NCBI RefSeq assembly: GCF_001194135.2
Contig: NC_068988.1
Coordinates: 27,851,782-27,915,781 of the forward strand
Length of the DNA stretch: 64,000 nt
Origin: Octopus bimaculoides
Lineage: Eukaryota
Reading direction: 5' to 3'
Made by a program: the position numbers and the translations under genes. The notes under the pieces were generated by a model, which was not told where the DNA came from, ran no database searches, and saw nothing but the letters and a program-made list of their open reading frames with translations. Shown here in pieces: positions 40,695 through 52,329 of this stretch; positions within the stretch are counted from its first letter, which is position 1, and every line of letters begins with the position of its first letter.

Positions 40695-41095
40695 TTCAGG
40701 TGTGGTTGTGTGCTTTAGAAGTTTGCTTCCCAACCACATGGTTTTAGGTTCAGTCCTGCTGCATGGCACCTTGGGTAAGTGCTACAACCCCAAGAAAACC
40801 AAAGCCTTGTGAGTGGATTTGGTAGACGAAAATTGAAAGAAGCCAATCGTATGTGTATATATATAATATATACATATATGTGTATGTTTGTCTTGATATT
40901 GTATAATAGTTGTAAATGATTGTCACTGTCATACAAGCAGCATTGTTCATTTCCAATATTCTACAAAAACATATCTTAGAAACAGGTGAGAGTTGGCAGC
41001 GGGAAGGTCATCCACCTGTAGAAAATCTACCTCAATAGTCTCTGTTTGAGCCATGCAAGTATAGAAAAGTGGATATTAACACTACGGTGATGACA
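40695..41095 (+). mobile_element. SINE family B head joined to an RTE-like tail (tail type 2)
   Basis: Same head as 63020, then (TA)n, then gtcactgtcatacaag...ggaaggtcatcc...ccatgcaagtatagaaaagtggat. Antisense copies of this tail at 4975-5215, 16150-16340, 39520-39735 and 43695-43940. Confidence 0.7.
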
Positions 41096-41742
41096 TGTGT
41101 GTCCAGACCTCATCCAGTATAGCTTTACGCTTGTAAGATGACAAGATATGATTTTAGGGTAATTTCATTGTTAATTTTAACAAGTTGAGTAACCTCATAG
41201 AGATTCCCTTGTTGTATTTGTTACCATTTGTTTCTTTTTTTTTTTTTTTTTTTTTTTTTTGGCATAATGTATCTAGGATTGCATATCAGATGTGTTCATT
41301 TTTAGGAACACATTTGATATGAGCAAGCTTTGCTTGTTATTTATAATAAGTCAAGCAACAACATAGAGGCTTCTCACCTGCTGTATGTAAAAGTAGTGAA
41401 AAGATGTCTAGCAAATCCAATATCTATCTTTGTTCAATGAATTCTGTGTCATATAATAGAATTTTCTGAAATATAAGGAACTAATAAATATTTCCAAGAT
41501 AACATTCTGATCTTGTTATTGTTGTTTTGATATTTATAGAACCATTTGCATTCTAACAGCTTTCTAAAACAAACTTGTTTCTATTTATAATACATTTATA
41601 CTATATTATGTACGTATATTATGTATGTATGTTTATCAATGAGTTGAGTATTCTGTTTGTATACAATGAACCAAATTTTGTATTCATAGCTTTTGTTTTG
41701 TTGTTCTCATTCACTTTCACCCCGTTCTTTGAAATTCTTTTG

Positions 41743-42123
41743 TTATTACCTCCACCTTAGCAAAGGTGGAGGTATTGTTTCAGTTGTGTTTGTTTGTTTG
41801 TCCGTGGACAAGATATTTCAAGAACCGCTGAATGGATTTGGATGAAACTTTATGGGATGTTTGGCCTCGTGACTAGCGCGAACTGGTTAGATTTTGGGAT
41901 CAATCCAGTACTGAACAAGGATTCTGCATTATTTTTCCGTTTTTTTTATGTTTTACTATTTAATTTTTGAGAGTGGTCGAGTTCATTTTTAGTATTCTCA
42001 TTTGTGAGAGCAGTCAAGTTTATTTCAGATATTCCCATTTTAAAAATCGTCTTTGGCTAATCATTGAGAGGATGTTGGTGTTGCCTTGGCGGAGGTTTGC
42101 GCTCTCTGAGTGCTGCTCTTATT
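41743..42123 (+). mobile_element. Helentron-associated non-autonomous element (HINE/DINE-1-like)
   Basis: 5' 12-bp perfect hairpin TACCTCCACCTT-agca-AAGGTGGAGGTA (41747-41774), GTTT/GTCC microsatellite, 3' inverted subterminal CCTTGGCGGAGG (42084-42095), terminal stem-loop GCGCTC-TCT-GAGTGC (42099-42113). Confidence 0.75.
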
Positions 42124-42879
42124 TCAGATTTTTTTTTGTATGTTGCTTTTTACTTGTTCCAGTCATTGGACTGTGACCATGCTGGCCCATCATCTTGAAG
42201 GGTTTCAGCCAAACAAATCAACCCCAATTTTATGTCTGGTACTTATTCTGTTGGTTTTTCTTGCTGAATTGTTAAGTTACAAGGACATTAACAAACCAAT
42301 GCTGGTTGTCAAGTGGTAGAACTATAAAGACACACACACGACAGGCTTCTGTACAGTTTCCATCTACTAAATTTACTCGCGAGATATTAATCAGCCCAAA
42401 GCTATAGCAGAAGACACTTATCCAAGTTACTATGGAGTGGGACTGAACCAAAAATCACATGGTTGCAAGGCAAGCTTGTTAACCACATAGCTATGCCTAC
42501 GCCTAATTTTGCAAATGCTTTTAATGATTCCTAATTTATAGAATTACTTCCAGAGATGTGATGCAGTGTGTGTGTGTGTGTGTGTGTTAGATAAAATTGA
42601 TTTTTACCAAACAGCTGTCTTGTTTCATAGATAGCTTTTTCAGAGAGCAGAATAAGAAGAAGAAAAAAACAACAATTTATAGATAGCCAAAGAAAATAAT
42701 GATAAAAAAAAAAACTAAGAAAAACCTCTCAAATATTTGTGAGAATATTCATACATGAAGTACATATTTAGTTGCTTATATATGTGTATATAAGAGGTGT
42801 GTATACATTTCATCTTAGCTTTACTATTAGATCAAGCTACATGCGATTGACCCACATTGCATAATCAATTATTATTATT

Positions 42880-43065
42880 AAGGCGGTGATCTGACAGAAT
42901 CGTTAGCCCGCCAGGTAAAATGCTTAGCGGCATTTTGTCTCTCTTTACTTTGCCTTTCATTCTTTTGGAGTTGATTAAATAAGTACCAGTTACGTACTGG
43001 GGTTGAGGTAATCAACTTACCCCCTCCCCCAAATTTCAGACTTTGTGCTTATAATAGAAAGGATT
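42880..43065 (+). mobile_element. Family A SINE flanked by (ATT)n on both sides
   Basis: ttattattattaaggcggtgatctgacagaatcg ... gaaaggattatcattattatt. Confidence 0.8.
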
Positions 43066-43363
43066 ATCATTATTATTATTATTATCATCATCCTTTACTT
43101 TATTCAACTCTTACCATTAATTTTCTAATCAATGTTTAGCCTAATACTTAATCTCAGTTGAACTTCAGGTGAATCTTCTGTTTAGTTCATTTAATCATCT
43201 ATAACTATTGTATAATAACAAGGCAGTCCATCTATGATCCATCAAAGAAAAATATTTAAACTCCATGCTCTTAGTATTGATCTCATTTTGATTTATACTA
43301 ACACTACATCTTATCAAGTTTACTCTGAAAACTATCTCTATTCTTTATCATCATCATCATCAT

Positions 43364-43693
43364 CAGTGGTTCTCAACTAGAGTCTGTATGACCTCTGGGG
43401 ATCCAGATGAGATTCAGGGGTGAAGGGGATTGGTCCACACATGCAAAAGAGTAAACTGGAGATCCAGATTTACAGTGGCATTCTATGGGTCCCTGAAACA
43501 GCTAAGTTTCTTTCTCTAACGTTTTATAAAGTTCAAACTGCATAAGTTAATATGCGAAAAACAAAACAGGAATTGTTGAAGAAGTATCTATAAAACTAGT
43601 TTTTAAACATCAGATAGCTATGTGGATCCACCAGAATAAAATGGTAATCAAAGTGGGGTCCATAGATAGAAAAAAAGGGGCTGAGAACCACTG
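43364..43693. mobile_element. hAT-type MITE inserted into the (CAT)n tail of a retroposon
   Basis: TIRs CAGTGGTTCTCA / TGAGAACCACTG; no TSD recognisable. Confidence 0.7.
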
Positions 43694-43989
43694 GTCACCA
43701 TTGTTTAATGTCCGCATATCCATGCTTTCATGGGTCAGATGGAACTTGTTGAGGCAGTTTTTTTTTTTTGCCAGATGCTTTTCTTGTAGCCAACCTGTTT
43801 CCAAGGTAATGTTTCCCCATGGCCATACACATTTAGCACAGATAACTGGAAAAGAACCATCTCATTTGTATGATGATGAAGACATTCATATACAACGATC
43901 GGGTGATGTCTAGAGAAGGTTACACACAAACACAATCACTCATATATATGCATACATGTATGCATATATATGCATATAGTATATATGAT

Positions 43990-44097
43990 GATGATCATCA
44001 TTTAATGTCCTCCCCTCCTGACATGAGTTGGACTGTTTGATAGGAGCTGGCGAGGTAGAAGATTGCACCAAGCTCTACTGATTTACTGGCTCCTATC

Positions 44098-44130
<33 letters not shown>

Positions 44131-44385
44131 ACACCATCATTTAATGTCCGTTGTCCATTATGGCATGGGTTGGATGGTTTACCAGGGCTGGCAAGCTGGA
44201 TGCCCTTCCTAATCCCAACCACTCCAAGAGTGTAATGGGTCCTTTTATGTGCCAATGACATGGGTGCCATTTGTGTGACACCAGTATCTGCCATGACTAC
44301 AATTTCACTTGGCTTGATGGGTCTTCTTCTCAAGCATGGCATAATGCCAAAGGGCTTGGTCATTTGTCATTGCCTCTGTGAGGCC
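43990..44385 (-). mobile_element. RTE 3' fragments (two adjacent pieces)
   Basis: catcatttaatgtcc... tails plus the antisense of the ORF-end segment cttgagaagacccatcaagccaag. Confidence 0.7.
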
Positions 44386-44409
44386 CATATATATATATAT
44401 ATATATATG

Positions 44410-44564
44410 GGAGAATATACAAATAATAACAGACGAGGACAGGTGGTGTAAATAACAAAAGTATATATTAGTATGACGCTCGGGAATACGGAAAGTCTTT
44501 GACGTTTCGAGCTACGCTCTTCAACAGAAAGAATACGGAGACAAGGAGAAAAACACGGAGAAAA

Positions 44565-44568
<4 letters not shown>
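44410..44568 (-). mobile_element. Penelope-like element (pLTR/3' end) fragment between (TA)n tracts
   Basis: Carries the minimal hammerhead typical of Penelope-like elements; flanked on both sides by (TA)n microsatellite; no ORF left. Confidence 0.5.
44496..44532 (-). ncRNA. Minimal type I hammerhead ribozyme motif (variant core CUGUUGA) in a Penelope-like repeat fragment
   Basis: Minus strand reads TCTTT-CTGTTGA-A-GAGC-GTA-GCTC-GAAA-CG-TC-AAAGA: stem I TCTTT/AAAGA, stem II GAGC/GCTC, GAAA core, palindromic ACGT helix III, GUC cleavage triplet. Confidence 0.65.
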
Positions 44569-44609
<41 letters not shown>

Positions 44610-46129
44610 CTATACCAATACATTATATTGTCTTTGAGCTTTTGAAGTTCAATGTTAGTTTATGTATATAATGGTTGGAAAAATAAGGATGCATGAGAAT
44701 TGAGAGTTGTGTTAGGTTTAAAAAAAGGGTTAAAAGTTTGTGTTAAGCAGGAAGTGTGTGTAAGGGGAGACAAATGTTTTTAGTTGGAGTTATGAACTCT
44801 TTTTCAACAGGAAGTTTATGTCTTTTCCATAATAATCAAACTAATGTTAAGCTCCCTTTTACTCTCATAATTAGTATGTCTGTATTTAATTCATTAAACT
44901 AATAATTGTATTTGAATTCTTTTAACATACTATTTAAGGTAATTATAATCATTGCAGCTTAAGCACTTCACTCATGTGCACAACTATACTTAATTTTTTG
45001 TGTATTTTTCCTCCTATTTAAATATTTTCCGTCACAAGTATTCGTTATTGTGTCCCCCACTACTTTTTTTTTTTTCATTGTTTTTCTTTGCTAGTTATGT
45101 ATGTTTAATTGTATTCTCTGAAGAACTGTCTGCGAAACAAGACAGCTGCTTTCTTTGGAAGAGTTGGTTTTATCTAAGACATTTAATAATGTGAATAGAG
45201 TTTTACAATAGAATTGGAAACAAATTCTGTGAATACTTGACTTAGTCAAGATGTCAATAGAGTAAAATAACTCTAGAGAATATACATGTATAGACTAAGT
45301 ATTTCAGCCCAGAATTGTTTACAGTTCCGTTATAAAATCCTATTCACATTCTTAACAATAAGAATTTTAACTTAAGTTTTAGTGGCATATTGATTGATTT
45401 CATTTGTGATCTGATTTGCATGTAGACTGGTCAAACAACAGTTTGGCTGTTTCTATGGCTATCCATATATAACCGGCTTAGTGGTAGTTGCATCTATAAA
45501 ATAACAGTAAACCCGTTTCTTGTTCTTTCTTCAGAGAGGGTGGCAATAAAGTAAAGCAACATTACTTTCTCACTCACCAAATCAGTCTGTGTCAGAATTT
45601 ACGAACAATTCTGTCTGTTTGATATACATTGAGAAGAAAAGTTTGAAAGAGAAATCAACATTAGGGTTGAAATAATTGGTGTGTATGTGTGTAAATTCAA
45701 TTAGTGAAGACATGGATGTGTTGTTAAAAAACTTGCTTCAATGTTAGGTCTTACAAATAGTCATTTTCTTCTAAGATAATCTCTTTCACTATGAATTTCC
45801 AATGGTTGATTTCCTCTATAGTACTGTAGCCTTACCAACTCATGTTCTCTTGTATTAAACATAACTCTCTAGCTGCTGTTCACATGTAAAGATCATAGCC
45901 ATGGAGTGCAGTAGATAAGCAAAATTATCAGAGCATTGAACAAAATGCCTTGTACTTAGTTTTAAACCTTTACATTCTGGGTTCAAATCCCACCAATAGT
46001 AGCTTTGCCTTTTATTCTACTATGATTCAGAAAATAAAGTACAAGTACTAGGGTTGATACAACTGACTGTATCCCAGTATACCCAGGTATATATTCAAGT
46101 GTATACCCATCTCGCATGTTTGGGGGTCT

Positions 46130-46376
46130 TGTGCTGTACTTTTCAACACAACTTTCTCTCACTCTTACTTCCTGTTTCTGTTGTGCCTGTAATTCAAAGG
46201 GTCAGCCTTGTCACACTGTGTCACGCTGAATATCCCCGAGAACTACGTTAAAGGTACACGTGTCTGTGGAGTGCTCTGTCACTTGCACGTTAATTTCACA
46301 AACAGGCTGTTCCGTTGATCGGATCAACTGGAACCCTCGATGTCGTAAGCGACGGAGTGCCAACAACAACAACAAT
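46130..46376 (+). mobile_element. Young CpG-rich SINE 3' portion ending in (CAA)n
   Basis: Shares the linker aactttctctcactctt..ttcctgtttct with the 22903 SINE but has a different 3' body; CpGs retained; caacaacaacaac tail. Confidence 0.6.
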
Positions 46377-47279
46377 TTATCCCCACTTAAACATGGATGG
46401 TCTATTTGAAGAAACTGAACTGGAACAATTAGAGCGTCCACATTTTAGTGGAGAGAAATATTACTTCTTCATATTAAATGTGCCTCTGTCACTAATAAAT
46501 ATGTCTAATGTTTAATTAGAGGACTATTTTGCTGGACGTAACCTTCTGTAGCTTTGTCATTGATAAAACTAAGCAGATTTAATCTTAACATCTATTATAG
46601 AGATTTAAGTATACAATGGGAGAATTTGAATCTTTAGCTGAATTGAATATATTCATTGATATTTAAATATCAAAGCACTGTTGTCAAGAAAATGTCAGAC
46701 TTACTAACAATTTATATTGCTTATATTGATGTAAAACTGACAAAACATTTTCAGTAGTTTTTCATCACAATCATTAAGATTGTGTGTACAGAAATAAGTG
46801 TGTATATAATCTTGGGTGTACAATTAGATCTAAAGAAGGATCTCTTAACAGTTCTCATCAAAAATGGAAACGAGTACCAATGTTCCCATGTGCAGACTTG
46901 ATAATTAAAATTCCTGTTCACCTGAAACCATTGGTTAAAGCGCAAATAAAGTACACATTTATATATAGTTGATTTCTTCGTTTATTCTGATTTATCAATC
47001 TTCTAAAGTCTTAGTTTTTACAATTACATTTATTTTAAATTTACTTCTCTGACTTTACTTTTTTCAATATTTGATGAAATATAAAAATATAAATGCGCAA
47101 TAGATATTCATTATACAATTGTTGTGGCGGCAATGGTGATGTGGCTACAACATTCACCATATATTTCCTGAAACACATTAATAGAAATAAAGGAATTTAA
47201 AATTGGGTTGGGAATAATTTTTCAAGTGCTTATTTCCTAATTCATAACAATTGTCATACAAAACATATAAATAGGCAAG

Positions 47280-47304
47280 CACACATGCATGCATGCACGC
47301 ATGT

Positions 47305-47388
<84 letters not shown>
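47280..47388. repeat. Long (CA)n microsatellite (representative of many (CA)n, (TA)n, (ATT)n and (GAT)n tracts)
   Basis: Direct reading; other long tracts near 16880, 37010, 54360, 61735 and 63170. Confidence 0.95.
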
Positions 47389-47390
<2 letters not shown>

Positions 47391-49034
47391 CTAGATGTGT
47401 ATGTGTTTGTCACACCCACCTCCATTACTTGGCAACTGATGTTAGTTTGTTTATGTTCTTGTAACTTAACAGTTTGGCAAAAACGATCAATAGGATGAGT
47501 GCTAGACTTTTAAAAGAAAATACTGGTATCCATTTACTCAACTAAACTCTTCAAAATAGTGCCCCAGCATGGCTACAATCTAATGACTGAATCCAATAAA
47601 AGCTGTAAGATTTCAGATCTGCATTTATTTTTAATTTTCATTTATGTTTTTATTCTTTATTTTGTTATTTGGAATCAATAATTTATTTTTGTTGCTGTTG
47701 AGGTAAAGTTCAGAGGAAATCCATTATGTAACAAAGACGGTGAACATGTTTGTACATATTAAACCTACATTGGTTTGTTGAATAAAAGTTTGTATCAATA
47801 CAATATAAAGAGCTCAACTTTGTCGTTTATATGAAATAAATTTCATAGGCATTCATTTAATTAAATAAATTATTCAATTTCCAGTAAATTTGGTATTTGT
47901 ATATTTTTCTTTGGTTTCTTATTGAAATTGGAGATAATTCTCAACTGATTAATTAATGTCTAGAAACCTAATTAAATACATTCATAATTAATTGCATGTA
48001 GTATCTCAATGGGCAACAATTTTAGCTTCTCGTTATTTGTATGTCTCATGTTTGTTTGTTATACTTGTTTGTTTATGTTTAGTAATTACTTTATAAATAG
48101 TACAGTTCAGTTCTGCTACACCTCAAAGGTGATATATCAATTATGATTATTCTGTTTATATATTGGCAATAATTTCTTTTGAGAAATATTCTCATCATTG
48201 CTGTATTTTGTATAGCATTTTTAATCATCAAGACATTTATTACGATAAGAACCTGACGCAATCCTCTGGCTTGTCTGTTCATGTCAAACTGTCCAACCCA
48301 TGCCAGTCTGGAAAATGAGACATTAAATGATTATTATGAGGACACAAACACACATGATTTACTTGTGTATGAGTTGCACTCCTAATTTAGTGTTAGATCT
48401 TGGTACAAAGTTTGTTCCCTACATGTTCAAACTTTGCCCTGTATATGTCGCACTACAATTTTTTCTCCTAAAACCAAGTATAAAACAGTATGACTTACAC
48501 ACACACACATACACACATACACACACACACACACACATTATGTATATAAAATATCCAGCTTATTCCTACCTCAAGAGCTGTCCCAATAATAATGACCAGC
48601 AGGGTAAATTTATAAATATATATATATCATTATTTGGCTAACTCCATTTTGAAACATTGTTTTTCATAATAGACTTATAAACAGCTTGTAAAATATTTAA
48701 TTTTTTCCCCCCTAATAACTGATGTAATTGTATTGTTAAGTAATAAGAATGTTTGTTAAATTGATTGGATTATTATTGTAATCTGGCCTCATACTAAAGT
48801 GATATGATAAAAAGAGCACTTCATTGTAATACTTTAGAATCTTCTTGCTGTTATAGAAGTTACAAAAACAAACAACAACCATGGATGGATTTCTTCTGAT
48901 AAAGTTGATAGAGAACAATCAGAATATTAGGACAGTATTTTGTATGTGGGTTTTACCACAAAATAGAAAGAAAAGGTTGATAACAATTTGGAACAATATT
49001 ATTAGTGCTGAGCTATCCTGAGGGAATGATTTGC

Positions 49035-49250
49035 AAGTGCCATGTCAAAAACACTGGTGTTGGCGCCATGTAAAAAGTACCCAGTACATTCTGTTAAGAG
49101 GTTGGCATTAGGAAGGGCATCCAGACTTAGCAAACATGCCAAAACAGACAGTAGAGTTGTGGACAGCCCCTGACCTTACCAGCTCCTATCAAACCATCCA
49201 ACACCTGCTAGCATGGAAAACAGACATTAAATGATGATGATGATGATAGG
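49035..49250 (+). mobile_element. RTE 3'-UTR fragment
   Basis: ggcattaggaagggcatcc...gctagcatggaaaac...gatgatgatgat. Confidence 0.75.
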
Positions 49251-49464
49251 AAGTGAAATTTCATCTGTAAAGCTACACAAAAAATAGCTTTGTCAATGAA
49301 ATTGGATACATCATAATCAGAAACAAATAACCATTTGTATGAACAGTGACTCTTTGTTTACAATAAATATGCACATGCCAAAACAAGAATATGCATCCGC
49401 GCGTGTGTGTGTGTGTGTGTGTGCGTGTGCGTGCGCGCGCAAAAAATTTACTTCGGCTTTTTGC

Positions 49465-49840
49465 TCCTCTGAAGCATTGGTCATCAGTGACTTTTCTCCA
49501 CCCTTACCAATTCTTGGCTGTCTTTTTCTGTTTTTTTCCCCCATTTGGATCCTTCCTTCTCGGCTCTTCCATAGTATCCTTCATATGTTTCCCTGGGGGA
49601 AGGATTTCCTCTCCCAAGTCTTGCTGGCTTTGAATTATCATCAGTGCTTCTGTAACTTGGCTTCTTTCAAAGTTGGGCTGTTAGCCCAACACAAACCCAT
49701 TTTTACCTCTTGGAAGAGGTGGTCCATACTAATCTGGCCACTATACTTTGACCTGTCCAGTGTGGGAGGCCTGACCAGGAGCTTGTACTCCACTGGCATA
49801 ACTCTCAGGGTTGTTGAGGCATACTAGCCACAGAACCACA
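49465..49840 (-). mobile_element. Bipartite non-autonomous RTE derivative, copy 2
   Basis: Shares the junction catca(a/g)tgcttctgtaa and both halves with 37745-38165. Confidence 0.55.
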
Positions 49841-51554
49841 TCTAGAACTGGACCAATGGGCTTCGTCCAATTTCCATGTATCAGACTTCATTCATAGTGT
49901 ATTGGTCAACCCATTGTTATATTAGGAAACCCTAGCCATCAGATCCTTGCAATGGGAGCGAACCCCAAAACACATGGTACACAGGAACTAAAAGAAGCCT
50001 CTGTCTGTCTGTGTGTCTGCCCGTCTGTCTGCCTGCCTGCCTGCCAGCCAGTCTGTCTGTCTGCTTGTCTGTCTCAAGCTACTCTATTTAGGGAAACTAC
50101 AATGATGTATGAATTAAACAGTGATATTATTTCTAAACTGACTGCAAGAATTGCAGTTCTTAACGAAGTCTGTATTAAAAGAGCAAATATTAAGAATACC
50201 AAATCATTATCATTCTGCCTATGTTTATTATTGTTATATAACAACTTAAATATATCTATCAACATTGAAGGCAGGAAGTATAATTAATATCACATTGTTG
50301 GCTGTTGGACTTCAATCATATTAATATAAATGTATCTGAGATACCATATTAATTTCATCAATGTTCCTGAAATTGATATTGGTATAACCTCAGGCTTAAA
50401 AGAATAATTATCTACTAATGATATTAATGTATTTGACCTTGTTGAATGGAGAGAAATATATTGCTATTTGGGAGGCAGTTGGAGATGCAGGGGCGGGGGA
50501 GGAGTTTAGATTAGACTGCTACTGCAGAGTTTATTATTGAACCATTATTAGGAGATATTTGAAGATGATATTCTTGTTATTTATTAACAGTTTAAGCAGT
50601 TCGCTTGGTGAAGTTTATAGACATGTGCTAAAGTGATGTCTTAAGAATCTCTGATAATAACTTCATTAGATTGAATCACATGTTTATTACTTCTGAGATG
50701 GCTTTTATTGGCTACCAGCATCTGTGTGTGTGTGTTAGGTTTTGATATTTATATAAAGCATATAGCTTGCAACCTCTACTGCCATTTTTTTTTTTTTCCT
50801 GTAACTATTGCAGTAAAAATGTTGCACGAAACCGTTTTCTTTATTGTAGTTTTGTTCTTCTAAATAACTTTTGCATTAAACCCCTTTGTGTGCATTTTCT
50901 TCTTTTTGCAATCTTCCTCATATTTTATCATCACTACCACATCACCACCACTATCGTCGCCATTATTGTACCTTTTAACAGATAATTTTTAATTATGCAG
51001 CTTGGTTAATATTTGAATTTGCCTTCATTAATTTCAGGTTTCATTCAACTTTGTTGCAAATGATGATGATGATGATGTCTGTTCTAAAATCATCTAATTA
51101 AAAATCCGTGTAAAGAATAATTAGATATTGAGTAAAGATTAAATATCTGCCATAGTTTTCGCTGATTAATTTTATGGTTAAAATGAGGTTTACAGTGGTA
51201 GTGTTTGTATTCTTAGTCACTTTAATGGTTAAGTTGATAATTATATTTAAATTGGATGTTATTAGTTTTATGATTTAACTCCTATTAATTATTTTCAATG
51301 AATTTTAACCTTTTTTTCATACCAAATCACATAAAACCACCCCTGATTCTTTGATGCAAACTTCCTGTTTTAAATTAGAACCTTTCATTAAAATTTCATG
51401 TAATTTATGTTCCAAGTACCAAATTAATTACAAGGTATTTTATTAAATTCTTCCCTGTTTTCAAAATTATTAAAAACTACCTGAGACCATCCTTGGTTCT
51501 ATGGTACAAGCTTCCTGTTTAAAATATTTTAAATTAAAACTTAGTTTGTGTTGT

Positions 51555-52030
51555 GTATGGATGAAGATAGCTGCATAAAGAAGTGCTGAGCTCTAATTGT
51601 GGAGGGAACCTGTGGAAAGGGTAGACCCAGGAAGACGAGGGATAAAGGATCTTCAGTCACTGGGTCTCACTGAGGAACTGACAAAAGACCAGGCGTTGTG
51701 GCAATTTGTTGTACTTGAGAAAACACAACAAGCTAAGTAAAACTGAAGTCCTTCATACATACAGGCTTGCTCCTTAACAAGTGCCAGTGCCACATAAAAT
51801 GCGCCTGCGCTGGTGCTGTATAAATACACCCGTAGCGGTGGCATGTAAAAAGCACCCAGCACACTCTGTAGAGTGGTTGGCATTAGGAAAGGTATCCAGC
51901 CATAGAAACTATGCCACAACAGACAGTTGGAGTCTGGACAGCTATCCAACTGGCCAGCTCCATGTCAAACAATCCAAAACATGCCAGCATCGAAAATGGA
52001 CAATAAATGATGATGATAATGATGCAAACA
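51555..52030 (+). mobile_element. RTE-clade LINE 3' fragment with ORF C-terminus and (GAT)n tail
   Basis: MDEDSCIKKC*ALIVEGTCGKGRPRKT...DLQSLGLTEELTKDQALWQFVVLEKTQQAK* resembles the RTE C-terminal VEG...GRP.KTW...DL...DR..W motif; continues into the abundant ggatgcccttcc / catgctagcatgg / gatgatgat 3' UTR family. Confidence 0.8.
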
Positions 52031-52297
52031 CCAGATGAATAATGACAGTTATTTTACTAAATTCTTCATTACTTTTGAAATTAATTGACATAAGATGTAG
52101 CCAGTATCTTTGTTTTAGCAAAGTTCCATCATAATGTCAAAATAATTGGTTGGAAAATATTGTGGAACTGATTTTAATCTGTTAGTAGACATCAAGCAGG
52201 CCTGATGTAGACTTGGTGATTTTGTGTCTGATTGAATGCAATACACAGAATAATTAGTTATAAGAGACAAATGTTTTTTTTTTTTTTGTTCTTTCAG

Positions 52298-52329
52298 CTG
52301 GTAGTGGCATGGATTTTTAATCAGGACAG
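52298..52329 (+). CDS. Candidate 32-nt micro-exon (LVVAWIFNQD + AG), phase 0 to 2
   Basis: Very strong acceptor (long T-tract then gttctttcag) and donor GACAG|GTATTT; only frame 0 is open; its 2-nt overhang AG completes codon AGG with the G opening the 57919 exon. Could instead be a UTR exon with an ATG GAT TTT TAA uORF. Confidence 0.45.

Noticed and set aside
45510-45700. Strong acceptor ttgttctttcttcag
   Set aside because: All frames close and no convincing donor; cannot be supported without RNA data.
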